DNA of 64,000 nucleotides. Source: Mobula hypostoma (lineage: Eukaryota). The position numbers and the translations under genes were made by a program. The stretch is from assembly GCF_963921235.1 (NCBI RefSeq), contig NC_086108.1, positions 82,400,001 to 82,464,000 on the forward strand, in the 5' to 3' direction. The notes below the pieces were generated by a model. The model made no database searches. It was not told where the DNA came from and was given only the letters and a program-made list of their open reading frames with translations. Below, in pieces: positions 27,101 to 39,700 of the stretch (its first letter is position 1; every line of letters starts with the position of its first letter).

Positions 27101-27688
27101 TTCTATAAGATCCCCTCTCATTCTTCTGAATTCCAGAGAGTATAGTTCCAGGCGACTCAATCTCTCCTCATAAGTTAACCCCTTCATCTGTGGAATCAAC
27201 CTGGTGAACCTCCTCTGCACTGCTTCCAAAGCCAGTATATCCTTCCTCAAGTATGGAGACCAGAACTGCACACAGTACTCCAGGTGCGGCCTCACCAGTA
27301 CCCTGTATAGTTGCAGACATCCCACCCTGCAAAAACTCATTTCAGGGAGGTAGCACCATCAATTTTCGGGAGACTTCCGGGAGAGGTGGGATGTCTGCAA
27401 TAGAGTAGCCCTTAGAAGCCAGCCAGCTAGTTTAAATAACGTTAGCTATGCTAATGAACGAACGACACCTGTTAAACTCACCTCAACATGTCTTTTACAG
27501 TTTTAACCCACCATGGGCAATAGAAAAGTCACTGTTGCAAACAGTGCAGCGAACAACACTGTCATTATTTTGACCCCTATTAGGCAGGGGTACACTTTAG
27601 TGTAGGATGGGGTGACGTATGTTTTATATTTTCTTTTTTTGGAACACTCTGCCATGGTGCGCTCTCACTCTCTCGCTCTCTCTCTCTT

Positions 27689-27720
<32 letters not shown>

Positions 27721-30700
27721 GTGGTTGCTCTTGCTTGCTTTCTCTCTCACTCTCTCGCTCGCGCACTCTCGCTTGCTCTCGCTCTCTCTGGTGCACTCTC
27801 TCTCTCTCTCGTGGTCACTCTCGCGCTCTCACTCGCTCGCTCTCAAAAAAATTGATTTCCGTGATATTGCATATAATTTGTTGGCATCAGGGAGCCACTA
27901 TTAATACGTGGGAGACTCCTGGAACTTCCGGGAGAGGTGGGATGTCTGTAGTTGCAGCATGACCTCTCTGCTCTTGAATTCAATCCCTCTAGCAATGAAG
28001 GCCAACATTCCATTTGCCTTCTTAATAACCTGTTGCACCTGCAAGCCTACTTTTTGCGATTCATGCACAAGCACTCCCAGGTCCCTCTGCACAACAGCAT
28101 GCTGCAATCTTTTACCATTTAAATAATAATCTGCTCTTCTATTATTCCTTCCAAAGTGGATGATCTTGTACTTACCAACGTTGTATTCCATCTGCCAGAC
28201 CTTGGCCCACTCACTTAACCTATCTATATCCCTCTGCAGACTCTCCACATCCTCTGTACAATTTGCTTTTCCACTCAGTTTGGTGTCACTCTATGCTACA
28301 CTCAGTCTTCTCTCCCAAATCATTAATGTTAATGGTAAACAGCTGCGGGCCCAGCACCAACCCCTGCGGCACCCCACTCACCACTGACTGCCAACTGGGG
28401 AAACACCCAATTATACCAACTCTCTGTCTTCTATTGGTTAACCAATCCACTATCCATGCCAATATACTTCCTCCAACTCCATGCATCCGTATCTTATTTA
28501 TAAGTCTCTTGTGTAGCACCTTATTGAATGCCTTCTGGAAATCCAAGTCTACGACATCCACCTGTTCCTCTCTATCCACTGCACTCATTATGTCCTCAAA
28601 GAACTCCAGTAAGTTTGTCAAACAGGACCTGCCCTTTCTGAATCCATGCTGTGTCTGTCTAATGGAACCACTGCTTTCTAAATTTTTCGCTATTTCTTCC
28701 TTAATGACAGCTTCAAGCATTTTCCCGACTACAGATATTAAGCTAACTGGCCTATAGTTGCCCGTCTTTTGCCTACGTGCTTTTTTAAAAAGTGGCGTGA
28801 CACTTGCTGCTTTCTAATCCGCCGGGAACTGCCCAGAGTCTAGAGAATTTTGGTAAATGATTACCAACGCGTCTACTATAACCTCCGCCAATTCCTTCAA
28901 CACCCTGGGATGCATCCCATCAGGACCAGGGGAGTTATCTACCTTCAGGCCCTCTAGTTTGCTCATCACTATCTCTTTAGTGGCAGTGATTTTATCAAGG
29001 TCCTCACCTCTTATTTCGTCCATAACATCATTCTTTAGCATATTAGACGTATCCTCCACTGTGAAGACCGACACAAAATAGTCGTTCAATGCCTCAGCCA
29101 TTTCCTTATCACCCAATATCAATTTCCCAAGTAGGCACATGGATGATAGAAAAGCCTATGGCTATGGAGGAGGGAAGGAGTAGATTGATCTTAGAGTAAA
29201 TTAAAAGATTAGCTCGGCATTGTGGACTGAAAGGTTTGTACTGTGTTATAATGTTCTATGTTTTATGTTCTTACATTCACACTTGAAAACACAAGGTGAA
29301 ATGTATCTTGTTCAATGCTATCTTTGAGTGATTCATATTTTCTAGTTGAATCGTCTGTTGGCCCACTAGCCAGGGATGTGGATAGCTTGGCATACTGCAT
29401 GAAGGCTCTGTTGTGTGAGGAAATGTTTGAGTTGGACCCCACTGTGCCACCCATTCCCTTTGATGACATGGTAACGTACAAAGCTATAAATGCTGGCATG
29501 TATATAGTCCTCTCCAAGTATTAAGTACTTTAAAAAGCTTCAAATGAAATAAATAGAATATGCAAAGAACTTAGTGGTGGGATATATGAAAGCAAGGATA
29601 AAACTAAAAGTTTCATTAAAGACTTTTGAAAGTGTGCTGACATCACTTTATGGACATACAATCAATAGATGTATTTAACCTACCTTATGCATTTATATTT
29701 ATTGTTTTTTTTCATTATTGTGTTCTTTATCTTAGTTTTTTTGTGCTGTATCAGATCCAGAGTAACAATTATTTCATTCTCCTTTACACTTGTATACTGG
29801 AAATGACATTAAACAATGTTGAATAAGAAACAAAATCCAATAGAGACATGTTAAAATCCAAGCTATTAACTTTTTAAATTACTCTGGGATTTTACACATA
29901 TGAAAGAATCAAGACAATATCATGTACATATAAAGAATAGTCGTTGATAAAGTGTGGCTTTCAATGTTACCTACCTGAGACAAATCAGTTTATTATTTAG
30001 TAAAGTGAGACCACAGCTGAATTCTGAACGATCAGCATATAATTTTGGTAAGTTTTTTTGTGTACATTCCTCCAAACAGAAGATTAAAATAGGCATATTA
30101 TAAGTTTTTATTTTTACTTTCAGTCAGTTATTGATCTGATCCCAGCTCTCAAGATTCCAGCCCTGAACTCCAGGCCGGGTCTTTATGTGCTGCTATTGTG
30201 ACTCCCGTCTCCCCTTCCCCCACCAATACTCTGCAACCTCGTCTCCCTCAGATCCCACCGTCAGCTCCTGGGTACTCAGAGGCTCCATTTTCCTCTCACC
30301 CCAACCCTCCCCTCTCCATTGACACCCCCAGCCTCCCCCCTCCCCCCTCTGATCCCAGCTCTCATCCATGCCGGGTCTTTACCATCCCCTCCGACCTTCA
30401 ACTGTCGGAGGCAGAGCGCTCTGTCCTCAGTAAGGGCCTCACCTTTGTCCCCCTTCGCCCACACCTCAGCGAGTTCCGTGTTTGCCATGATGCGGAACTT
30501 TTCTTCCGCCGTCTCCGTCTCCGAGCCTGCTTCTTCAGCAAGGACTCTCTCACCCCCACCAATGACCCCTTCTCCCATCTTCAACCCTCCTCTTCTTCAT
30601 GGACACCCCGCTCTGGTCTTCTGCCTGCTCTGGATCTCTTTATCGCTAACTGCCGACAGGCCATCAACCGTCTCGACTTCACCGCACCTTGTCCCCATTC

Positions 30701-33700
30701 CAACCTCACTCCTTCGGAATGCTCTGCTCTCCACTCCCTCCGCACTAATCCTAACCTTATTATTAAACCTGCCGATAAGGAGGTGCTGTTGTAGTCTGGC
30801 GTACTGACCTCTACCTTGCCGAGGCACAGCGACAACTCGCGGATACCTCCTTATTTACCCCTCGATCGTGACCCCACTAAGGAGCACCAGGCCATTGTCT
30901 CCCACACCATCACCGACTTTATCCGCTCAGGGGATCTCCCATCCACTGCTACCAAACTTATAGTTCCCACACCCCGCACTTCCCGTTTCTACCTCCTACC
31001 CAAGATCCACAAACCTGCCTGTCCTGGCCGACCTATTGTCTCAGCTTGCTCCTGCCCCACCGAAATCGTTTCTGCATACCTCGACACGGTTTTATCCCCT
31101 CTTGTTCAATCCCTTCCGACCTATGTTCGTGACACTTCTCACGCTCTTAAACTTTTCGATGATTTTAAGTTCCCTGGCCCCCACTGCTTTATTTTCACCA
31201 TGGATGTCCAGTCCCTATATACTTCCATCCCCCATCAGGAAGGTCTCAAAGCTCTACGCTTCTTTTTGGATTCCAGACCTAATCAGTTCCCCTCTACCAC
31301 CACTCTGCTCCGTCTAGCGGAATTAGGCCTTACTCTTAATAGTTTCTCCTTTGGCTCCTCCCACTTCCTCCAAACTAAAGGTGTAGCTACGGGCACCCGT
31401 ATGGGTCCTAGCTATGCCTGCCTTTTTGTTGGGTTTGTGGAACAATCTATGTTCCGTGCCTATTCTGGTATCTGTCCCCCACTTTTCCTTCGCTACATCG
31501 ATGACTGCATTGGCGCTGCTTCCTGCACGCATGCAGAACTCGTTGACTTTATTAACTTTGCCTCCAACTTTCACCCTGCCCTCAAGTTTACCTGGTCCAT
31601 TTCCGACACCTCCCTCCCCTTTCTAGATCTTTCTGTCTCTGTCTCTGGAGACAGCTTATCCACTGATGTCTACTATAAGCCTACTGACTCTCACAGCTAT
31701 CTGGACTATTCTTCTTCTCACCCTGTCTCTTGCAAAAACGCCATCCCCTTCTCACAATTCCTCCGCCGCATCTGCTCTCAGGATGAGGCTTTTCATTCTA
31801 GGACGAGGGAGATGTCTTCCTTTTTTAAAGAAAGGGGCTTCCCTTCCTCCACTATCAACTCTGCTCTTAAACGCATCTCCCCCATGTCACATACATCTGC
31901 TCTCACTCCATCCTCCCGCCACCCCAGTAGGAATAGGGTTCCCCTGGACCTCACCTACCACCCCACCAGCCTCTGGGTCCAACATATTATTCTCCGTAAC
32001 TTCCGCCACCTCCAACGGGATCCCACCACTAAGCACATCTTTCCCTCCCCGCCTCTCTCTGCATTCCGCAGGGATCGCTCCCTACGCAACTCCCTTGTCC
32101 ATTCGTCCCCCCCATCCCTCCCCACTGATCTCCCTCCTGGCACTTATCCGTGTAAGCGGAACAAGTGCTACACATGCCCTTACACTTCCTCCCTTACCAC
32201 CATTCAGGGCCCCAAACAGTCCTTCCAGGTGAGGCAACACTTCACCTGTGAGTCGACTGGGGTGATATACTGCGTCCGGTGCTCCCGATGTGGCCTTTTA
32301 TATATTGGTGAGACCCGACGCAGACTGGGAGACCGCTTTGCTGAACATCTACGCTCTGTCCGCCAGAGAAAGCAGGATCTCCCAGTGGCCCCACATTTTA
32401 ATTCCACATCCCATTCCCATTCTGACATGTCTATCCACGGCCTCCTCTACTGTAAAGATGAAGCCACACTCAGGTTGGAGGAACAACACCTTATATTCCA
32501 TCTGGGTCGCCTCCAACCTGATGGCATGAACATCGACTTCTCTAACTTCCGCTAAGGCCCCCCTCCCCCTCATACCCCATCTGTTACTTATTTTTATACA
32601 CACATTCTTTCTCTCACTCTCCTTTTTCTCCCTCTGTCCCTCTGAATATACCCCTTGCCTATCCTCTCGGCCCCCCCCCCCCGTCTTTCTTCCCGGACCT
32701 CCTTTCCCATGATCCTCTCGTATCCCTTTTGCCTATCACCTGTCCAGCTCTTGGCTCTATCCCTCCCCCTCCTGTCTTCTCCTATCATTTTGGATCTCCC
32801 CCTCCCCCTCCAACTTTCAAATCCCTTACTCACTCTTCCTTCAGTTAGTCCTGTCGAAGGGTCTCGGCCTGAAACGTTGTCTGCACCTCTTCCTACAGAT
32901 GCTGCCTGGCCTGCTGCGTTCACCAGCAACTTTGGTGTGTGTTGCTTGAATTTCCAGCATCTGCAGAATTCCTGTTGTTTCTGAATTTTTTTTGCTTTTT
33001 ATGATATTACAAATTTTGGATTAATAGTCAAAACAAAATAATGAAAAAATGCCTCTCTAACATATCTCTTTAAAATTAATTTGAAGATCTATGCTGATAC
33101 CAAGCCACTGAAGATAGGTTTCTTTGAAAGCGATGGATATTGGATCCCCTCCCAGAGCATGAAGCGTGCCGTGTTGGAGACTAAACAACTGCTGACGGAT
33201 GCTGGGCACACGGTGTGTTTACTGATGTGTAAGGGAAATGGAGATATTCCGAGAGCTAGAGGGAAGTTAAAGAGGGAAATTACTGAGAGGATTAAGAAGT
33301 TACTTACTTTTATTTACTGTATTTTAATTCAAGTATGCCTCTTAATTCATCCATATCCTTTCCTCCTTCACCCCACTATTTCCTCAACCTCAAAATGAGT
33401 CAAAGTCTGAAAAATATGTTTCTTTGTTTTATTTATGTAATGTTTAACGGTGTTTGTGAAAAGTTGCTGTTAAATTCACCTTATAAAATATGAACATATG
33501 AAAATGGCATCTAAGGAAAATCAGTTGGATTTTAATATCTAAATATCCCTGCAGAAATATATTATTTCCCACTTTCATATTTCTTGCATAAATCTCACTT
33601 TTATCTGCAAACTTGGTAACTATCTCTAACAAATATGTCTGATTCATAGCAACAATCTTATGGGATAGAGCAGCAAAATTATCCAGGCTGATTCACAATC

Positions 33701-36700
33701 ATTAACAGGAATGCCTTGTCTATGCAATGTTTAATCTATTTTAGCTACTTTTTACCAATCCTACAGACCATAAGACCATTAGTTATAGGAGGACAATTAC
33801 ACAATTTGACTTATTAAGCCTTTGTTTTATTTTCAATACAACAAACAATTTACTTTCTGTTTCTCCCGCTTTCCAGTTAATATCATTTACGCCTCCAAGA
33901 ACGTTCTATGCAATGAATGAAATAATATTTCAGGGGCTTCTTGCGGACAGTGGTGCTACATTCCTGGAAAACCTGTAGGTAACCTCAGTGCACTTGAATT
34001 AACAGTATAGAAAAAATGAAACCATTAACATTTTTGCACAACAAATTTTTGCAATAGCTATACTTTAGTAATCTGTGAGATAGGTTGGAGCAAAGCCCTC
34101 AGGGTGAATTTGGTGTCTTAATGGAAGACAGAAAACAATTATAAGGTGATATAATGGTTGCTACTGCAGAAATATACCAACTCCTTGGTTTCTTAATGAT
34201 TTTTATATCTTTAATATGCTCTCTGATTTTTAGCTCCCTCTATTCACCCACCTAGAGCAAAGATATCAATAAGTTTGAAAGAGTGTAGAGAAAATTTACA
34301 TGGATATTGCTGGGGGTTGAGAACCTGAGTTTCAGGGAAAGGTTGAATAGGTTGGAACTTTATTCCACTGAGTCAATAAGAGGAGATCATATTGAGGCGT
34401 ACAAAATTATGAGGAGTATAGATCTGGTGAATGCTTGCAAGCTTTTTCCCCTCGGGTTGATTGAAGCTGGAACTAGAGGTTAGGAGGAAATGTAAAATAT
34501 TTAAGGGGCATCTGAAGGGGAACCTCTTCACTCAGAGGGTTGTCCGAGTGTGGAATGAACTAACAGTGGAAGTGATATAAGTGGGTTCAAATGTAAGATT
34601 TAAGAGATTATTTATTTATTGAACTACAGAATGGAATAGGCCCTTCTAGCCCTTTGAGCCATGATGCCCAATAATTCTTCGATTGAATCCTAGCTTAATC
34701 ATGGGACAATTTATAATAACCAATTAACCTACCATCTTTGGACTGTCGGTGGAATGCAGAACACTGGAACAAATTCCACACAGTGTCAGGGAGAACGTAG
34801 GCAGCAGTGAGAATTGAACCCTTGTCACCCAAACTATAAAGCATTGTGCTAATCACTACGCTACTGTGCTGTTTGGATAGAATAGTACGGAGGGCTATGG
34901 TTCGAGTGTGGGTAGCTGGGAGTAGGCAGAAGACAATGCTGGCATGGACTAGATGGGCCAAAGGTCCTGTTTCTGCGTTGTAGTACTCTGACTCTATGAT
35001 TTTAGTTCTTAACAGCAATTCCTTCAAAACAGAAAATCATAGAAATAGAGTCACAAGAGACCTCAGATGCCGAAATCTGAAGCAACACAAATTACGCTGG
35101 AGGAACTCAGTGCGTTAGGCAGCATCTATGGAGGGACATGGACAATCAGTGGTGCTGGTCGAGACCCTTCAGCTGAACTCGACATTCAATTCTACATCTC
35201 CCAGCTGAAGGGTCTCCACCAGCATCATTGATTGCCCATTTCCCTCCATGATGCTGCCTGACCCACTGAATTCATCCCGTGCCTTTTGTGAATGCTGGGA
35301 ATACTTAGCAGGACAAGCTACGTGAATGGGAAGACAAAATGAATCAATGTTTCAGGTCAGAAACTTCACCAGAAGTGAAAAGGAGATAAAAGAAACTTCT
35401 AAAGCTGAGGGGTGGAGTGGGTTATCACTCAAAGTGTAAAGCCAATGTATGCATGGGGATAATCTGTAAACAAGGTTATGGAGATAGCAATGAGTTTATA
35501 AGATGAGTTGAGTGCAAGAAGACCATAGAACCACAAGACATTGGAGCAGATTTAGGTCATTTGGCCTTTGAGTCTGGCTGAATTATTATCCCTCTCAACC
35601 TCATTCTCCTGCCCTCTTCCTGAACATAGACAAAAGAATGTGGAAGTTGTAGGGATGCAGGGTGTGGGAACCTGTTCAACAGGTCAGGCTGGGCATGTCC
35701 CACAGTCCCAGAGAGATTTAAAAAAAAGCCAAGCTAATAATGGATGACTAATGTAGACCTAGAAGTTGCATCACCTGAAGTTGCTGGATTGAATATTGAG
35801 CCTAAAAAGTAGCAATGCATCCAGACAAGAAGGATGAGGTGCTTTTCCTCGAGTTTGCTCACTGAATGGACGGGGGAATTAAAGTGACCTGCAATGGGAA
35901 TCTCAGGTTCTCTCCCACAGATTGAACTGCACAAAGCGATCCACCAGTCTGCGTTTGGTTTCTCCCCTGTAGGGGGATGCCACACTGTGAACACTAGATG
36001 CAGTACACCAGATTGAAAGAAGTGCAAGTGAATGGCTGCCTTACTTGGAAAGCCTCTTTGGGTCACTAGATAGTGGAATGGAAATATATGAAAGAACAAG
36101 TATTGCATTGTCTGCAGTTTCAAGGGTAAGTGTGACTGTGTTTGCTGGGAATCGAAGAGTGGACCCATGCTGAAAGAGAGGAAAGAAGGAGAGAGGAATC
36201 TTTGATAATGGCAGAAATTGTGGAGAGTGGTCTGTTGAAGGTGAAGTATTTCCAGAATTTCCACTTTTCATCTATAAGATATAGGAAAAAAATTGGCCAT
36301 TTAAGGTATCATATCTCAGACTCTTGTATATTTTGAAAAAGTTTACTGTCACTCAAATACAATGAGTCTGGATGCTTTTTACGCAATCTCTTTCTGAACA
36401 CGCACTAGTTACTTTTTGTCCATGTGCCTTTGGTTTATAGGAGAAAGAAGGCCAACTTAGATCTATACCTCAAAACAGGCCAAAAATTCACTTCGAGTAA
36501 AAACAAACCTAATGTATTCATTCAATCACCACAAATCCATAATTTTTGAATTGGTTGATCATTTGTAGCCTCCAAGAAAAATGTATTTTAGTATCACAAA
36601 TAACCTTGGTGTCTTTATCTTCAATGATCTATTTTTAGTGCACACGTTGAAAATAATACTAAAGGCACTAAATATTGTTTGGATTTTCTAGTAAAGGAGA

Positions 36701-39700
36701 CATTATCGATCCACATTTAAGAACTCAAGTATCTACGTACTCTATGCCTAGTTTACTGAAAAAGCTCTTGTATTTTTTTCTGAAGCCTTTTGTAAGTATA
36801 ATAGTTAACTTATAAATGGTTTGGAATGGGGAATTGGCTGTTGCAGACAGTGCAAATATCAAAAACACATTTGTAACTCCGGTAGAGTCCAACAGACAGT
36901 GGGTCTCCTACAACACCATTGCTAAGATTATAAAAAGTGAAGGGAAATATTTTTGTAAGCACTTGCCCATCTGAATATCTCCCATAGAAGCTCATTAACC
37001 CTTTATCTCCCGAGCAGCATGCACTGGGGTTGCAGGTATTTGCACTGTTTATTTCTGTGATTTTTTGTAATTTTATACCTGTACTGTACTATCGTTGTAA
37101 AACAACAAATTTCAAGCCATATAATTCAGTGATAATAAATCAGATTTGATTCTAACTTTGTTATTGCATGAGCATATGATAATGAGAACAAAAGGCTGCC
37201 ATGAGGTTGCTCAACGATTAGAGTTATGGTTAATTATTGATCCAAGAGCATAGCACAGTCCTCCAGCCCACAGTGTTGTGCTGAATTAAAGGAACTGCAC
37301 ACCTAAACCAATTCTTTCAGCCTACTTAATGTCTGTATCCTTCCATTTCCTGGCATCTTGAATACCTCTTTCCCATTTGCCTTCACCCCCAAGCCAGGCA
37401 GCACATTCCTGGCACACCAAGCATTCCACACAATTATTGCTGTTAACTATTTTATGCCAGTGGAATGAAGTTATAGGAGTACATTTTCTGCATTTGGCAA
37501 AATGTTAATATTTATAGTAGATGAATGGTCCACACGAGGGAAGCTGTCGGATAGTTCGGTACGTATGGTGATGGGCTGCCCTGGGACAATCTGTTGCTGA
37601 GGAGTTCTGACTGTTACTGCACCGTTAATCAATGGTGTTCCTTCTCTACCATTTCCTAATATTGATCTTTCTGCTCCACTTCTTGTTGTCATGGCAGGAG
37701 TAAGGTTTAATATTGTGCAGTGTTCAGCGCAAGATGATAAATCCAGTTAGAATGGCAAACAGCCCAGGCAGCTGAAGCATTGATTGAATACATTCTGCGA
37801 CATTTCCATTCACAGAATGATATTTGCTAGACTGTGCTGATTGAAATTCCACAGTTGTTGCCCACCTGAAAAAGTGGCATATTTCTGTCACCCAGCCGCC
37901 AACTTATGACTTGGCTCTCCATTTGGACCCAACTTGGTACAGAATAATTACTGCTGCAGAGTGACTAGTTCCTCAGTTAGGCAGCCTCCAGCATTCAAAC
38001 AAACTCTGCATAGATAAAGAAAATCTTAAAAGTTTCTTATTGATGATTTCCTCTGATTTTCATTAGGACCAGGGCTCATTAACTTAGTAGCCATGAGTCC
38101 TGTAGTCCTTGTGGCTAAAGGGATCGGGGGTATGAAGGGAAGGCTGGTACAGGGTTCTGAGTTGGATGATCAGCCATGATCATACTGAATGGCGGTGCAG
38201 GCTCGAAGGGCCGAATGGCCTACTCCTGCACCTATTTTCTATGTCTCTATGTTTCTATGTTTTCAAAGCTACTCAATAGTTATTGCTGTAATTTTTCTTG
38301 TGGGGGGGTTGCTCCCCAGGTTATGGAAGAACTGACATGGAAATCTGTCTTCATGCAAGTTCTCCCATAGCATTTGAAAGAATTTTTCACAATCAATACT
38401 GCACCTCACATGGCTGCATTCTGAGGCCCCATGCTTGAGTCCCTGTGGCCAGATTCTGCTTAAATTTGCAGATGATTAGATTAGATTAGATTCAACTTTA
38501 TTGTCATTGTGCCAAGTACGGATACAAAGCCAATGAAATGCATTTAGCATCTGACCAGAAATGCAAAGAATAGTGTTATTTACAAAATGACTGCAAATAA
38601 AAAAAGTGCTACAGCACACAGATATAAAAGTACTGAGACAGTACAATATGGATGCAATACGGCTTAGCACTGTGATGTGAGGTTCAGCAGGGTCACAGCC
38701 TCAGGGAAGAAGCTCTTCCTGTGCCTGCTGGTGCGGGAGCGGAGGCTCCTGTAGCGCCTACCAGATGGGAGGAGAGTAAAAAGTCCATGGTTAGGGTGAG
38801 ATGCATCCCTGATAATGCTTTTCGCCCTGACCAGGCAGCGTTTATGGTAGATGTTCTCAATGGTGGGCAATTGGGTGCCGATACCACTGTAGTGGACCAT
38901 ATCTCAACGTCAGTAGTTGGAGTAAAAGAAGGAGATAGAGAACTGGTGTCACGAGAACGGCTTTTCCCTCAGTGTCAGCAAAACAGAAGAGCTGGTCACT
39001 GACTTCATGAGGGGGACAGTGAACCTACTCCTATTTACATCAACAGTTCAGAAGGACTACTTCAATTCCCATGAGTGAACATCAGCAATAACCTATCCTG
39101 GTCTTACCATGATGATACGACAACTCTCTAGCATCTCTAGTTGCTCAGGAGGCTAAACAAATTTGGCACCATACACAAAATATTGGAGGAACTCAGCAGA
39201 TCAATCAACAACCATAGAAATGAACAAACAGTCAATGTTTCGGGCCAAGACCCTTCATCAGGACGGGAAAGGAAGGTGGGGGAAGGTGAAGGAGGATAGC
39301 TAGAAGGTGATAGGTGAAGCCAGGTGGGTGGGAAAGGTAAAGGGCTGGCAATGAAGGAATCTGATAGGAGAGGAGAGTGGACCATAGGGGAGGGGCACTG
39401 GAGGGGTTATGGGAAGGTGAGAAGACGTAAGAGGCCAGAGTGGGGAATAGAAGAAGAGGAGAGGGGCAGGGGAATTTTTTTTTACCAGAAGGAGAAATCA
39501 ATATTCATTCCATCAGGTTGGAGGCTACCCAGACAAGATATAAGGTGTTGGGTGGCCTCATCTGGACGCATAAAATCGATATGTCAAGATGGAAATGGGA
39601 ATGAGAATTCAAATGCTGGGCCACCAGAAAGTTCTGCTTTTGTCGGATGGAGTGGAAGTGCAGGTGGAGAGGAGGTGCTTGACAAAGCGGTCCCCCAGTT

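Noticed and set aside
27612..27962. Leu/Ser-rich ORFs
   Set aside because: Translation of a (CT)n microsatellite inside a DNA element.
30816..32555. Novel RT-nuclease system or telomerase-like gene
   Set aside because: RT plus GIY-YIG with many dispersed truncated copies is a standard Penelope-like element.
32847..32884. Active hammerhead in the long PLE
   Set aside because: Core reads CTGTCGA and the cleavage/stem I region is mutated (CGTTGTCT); probably inactive.
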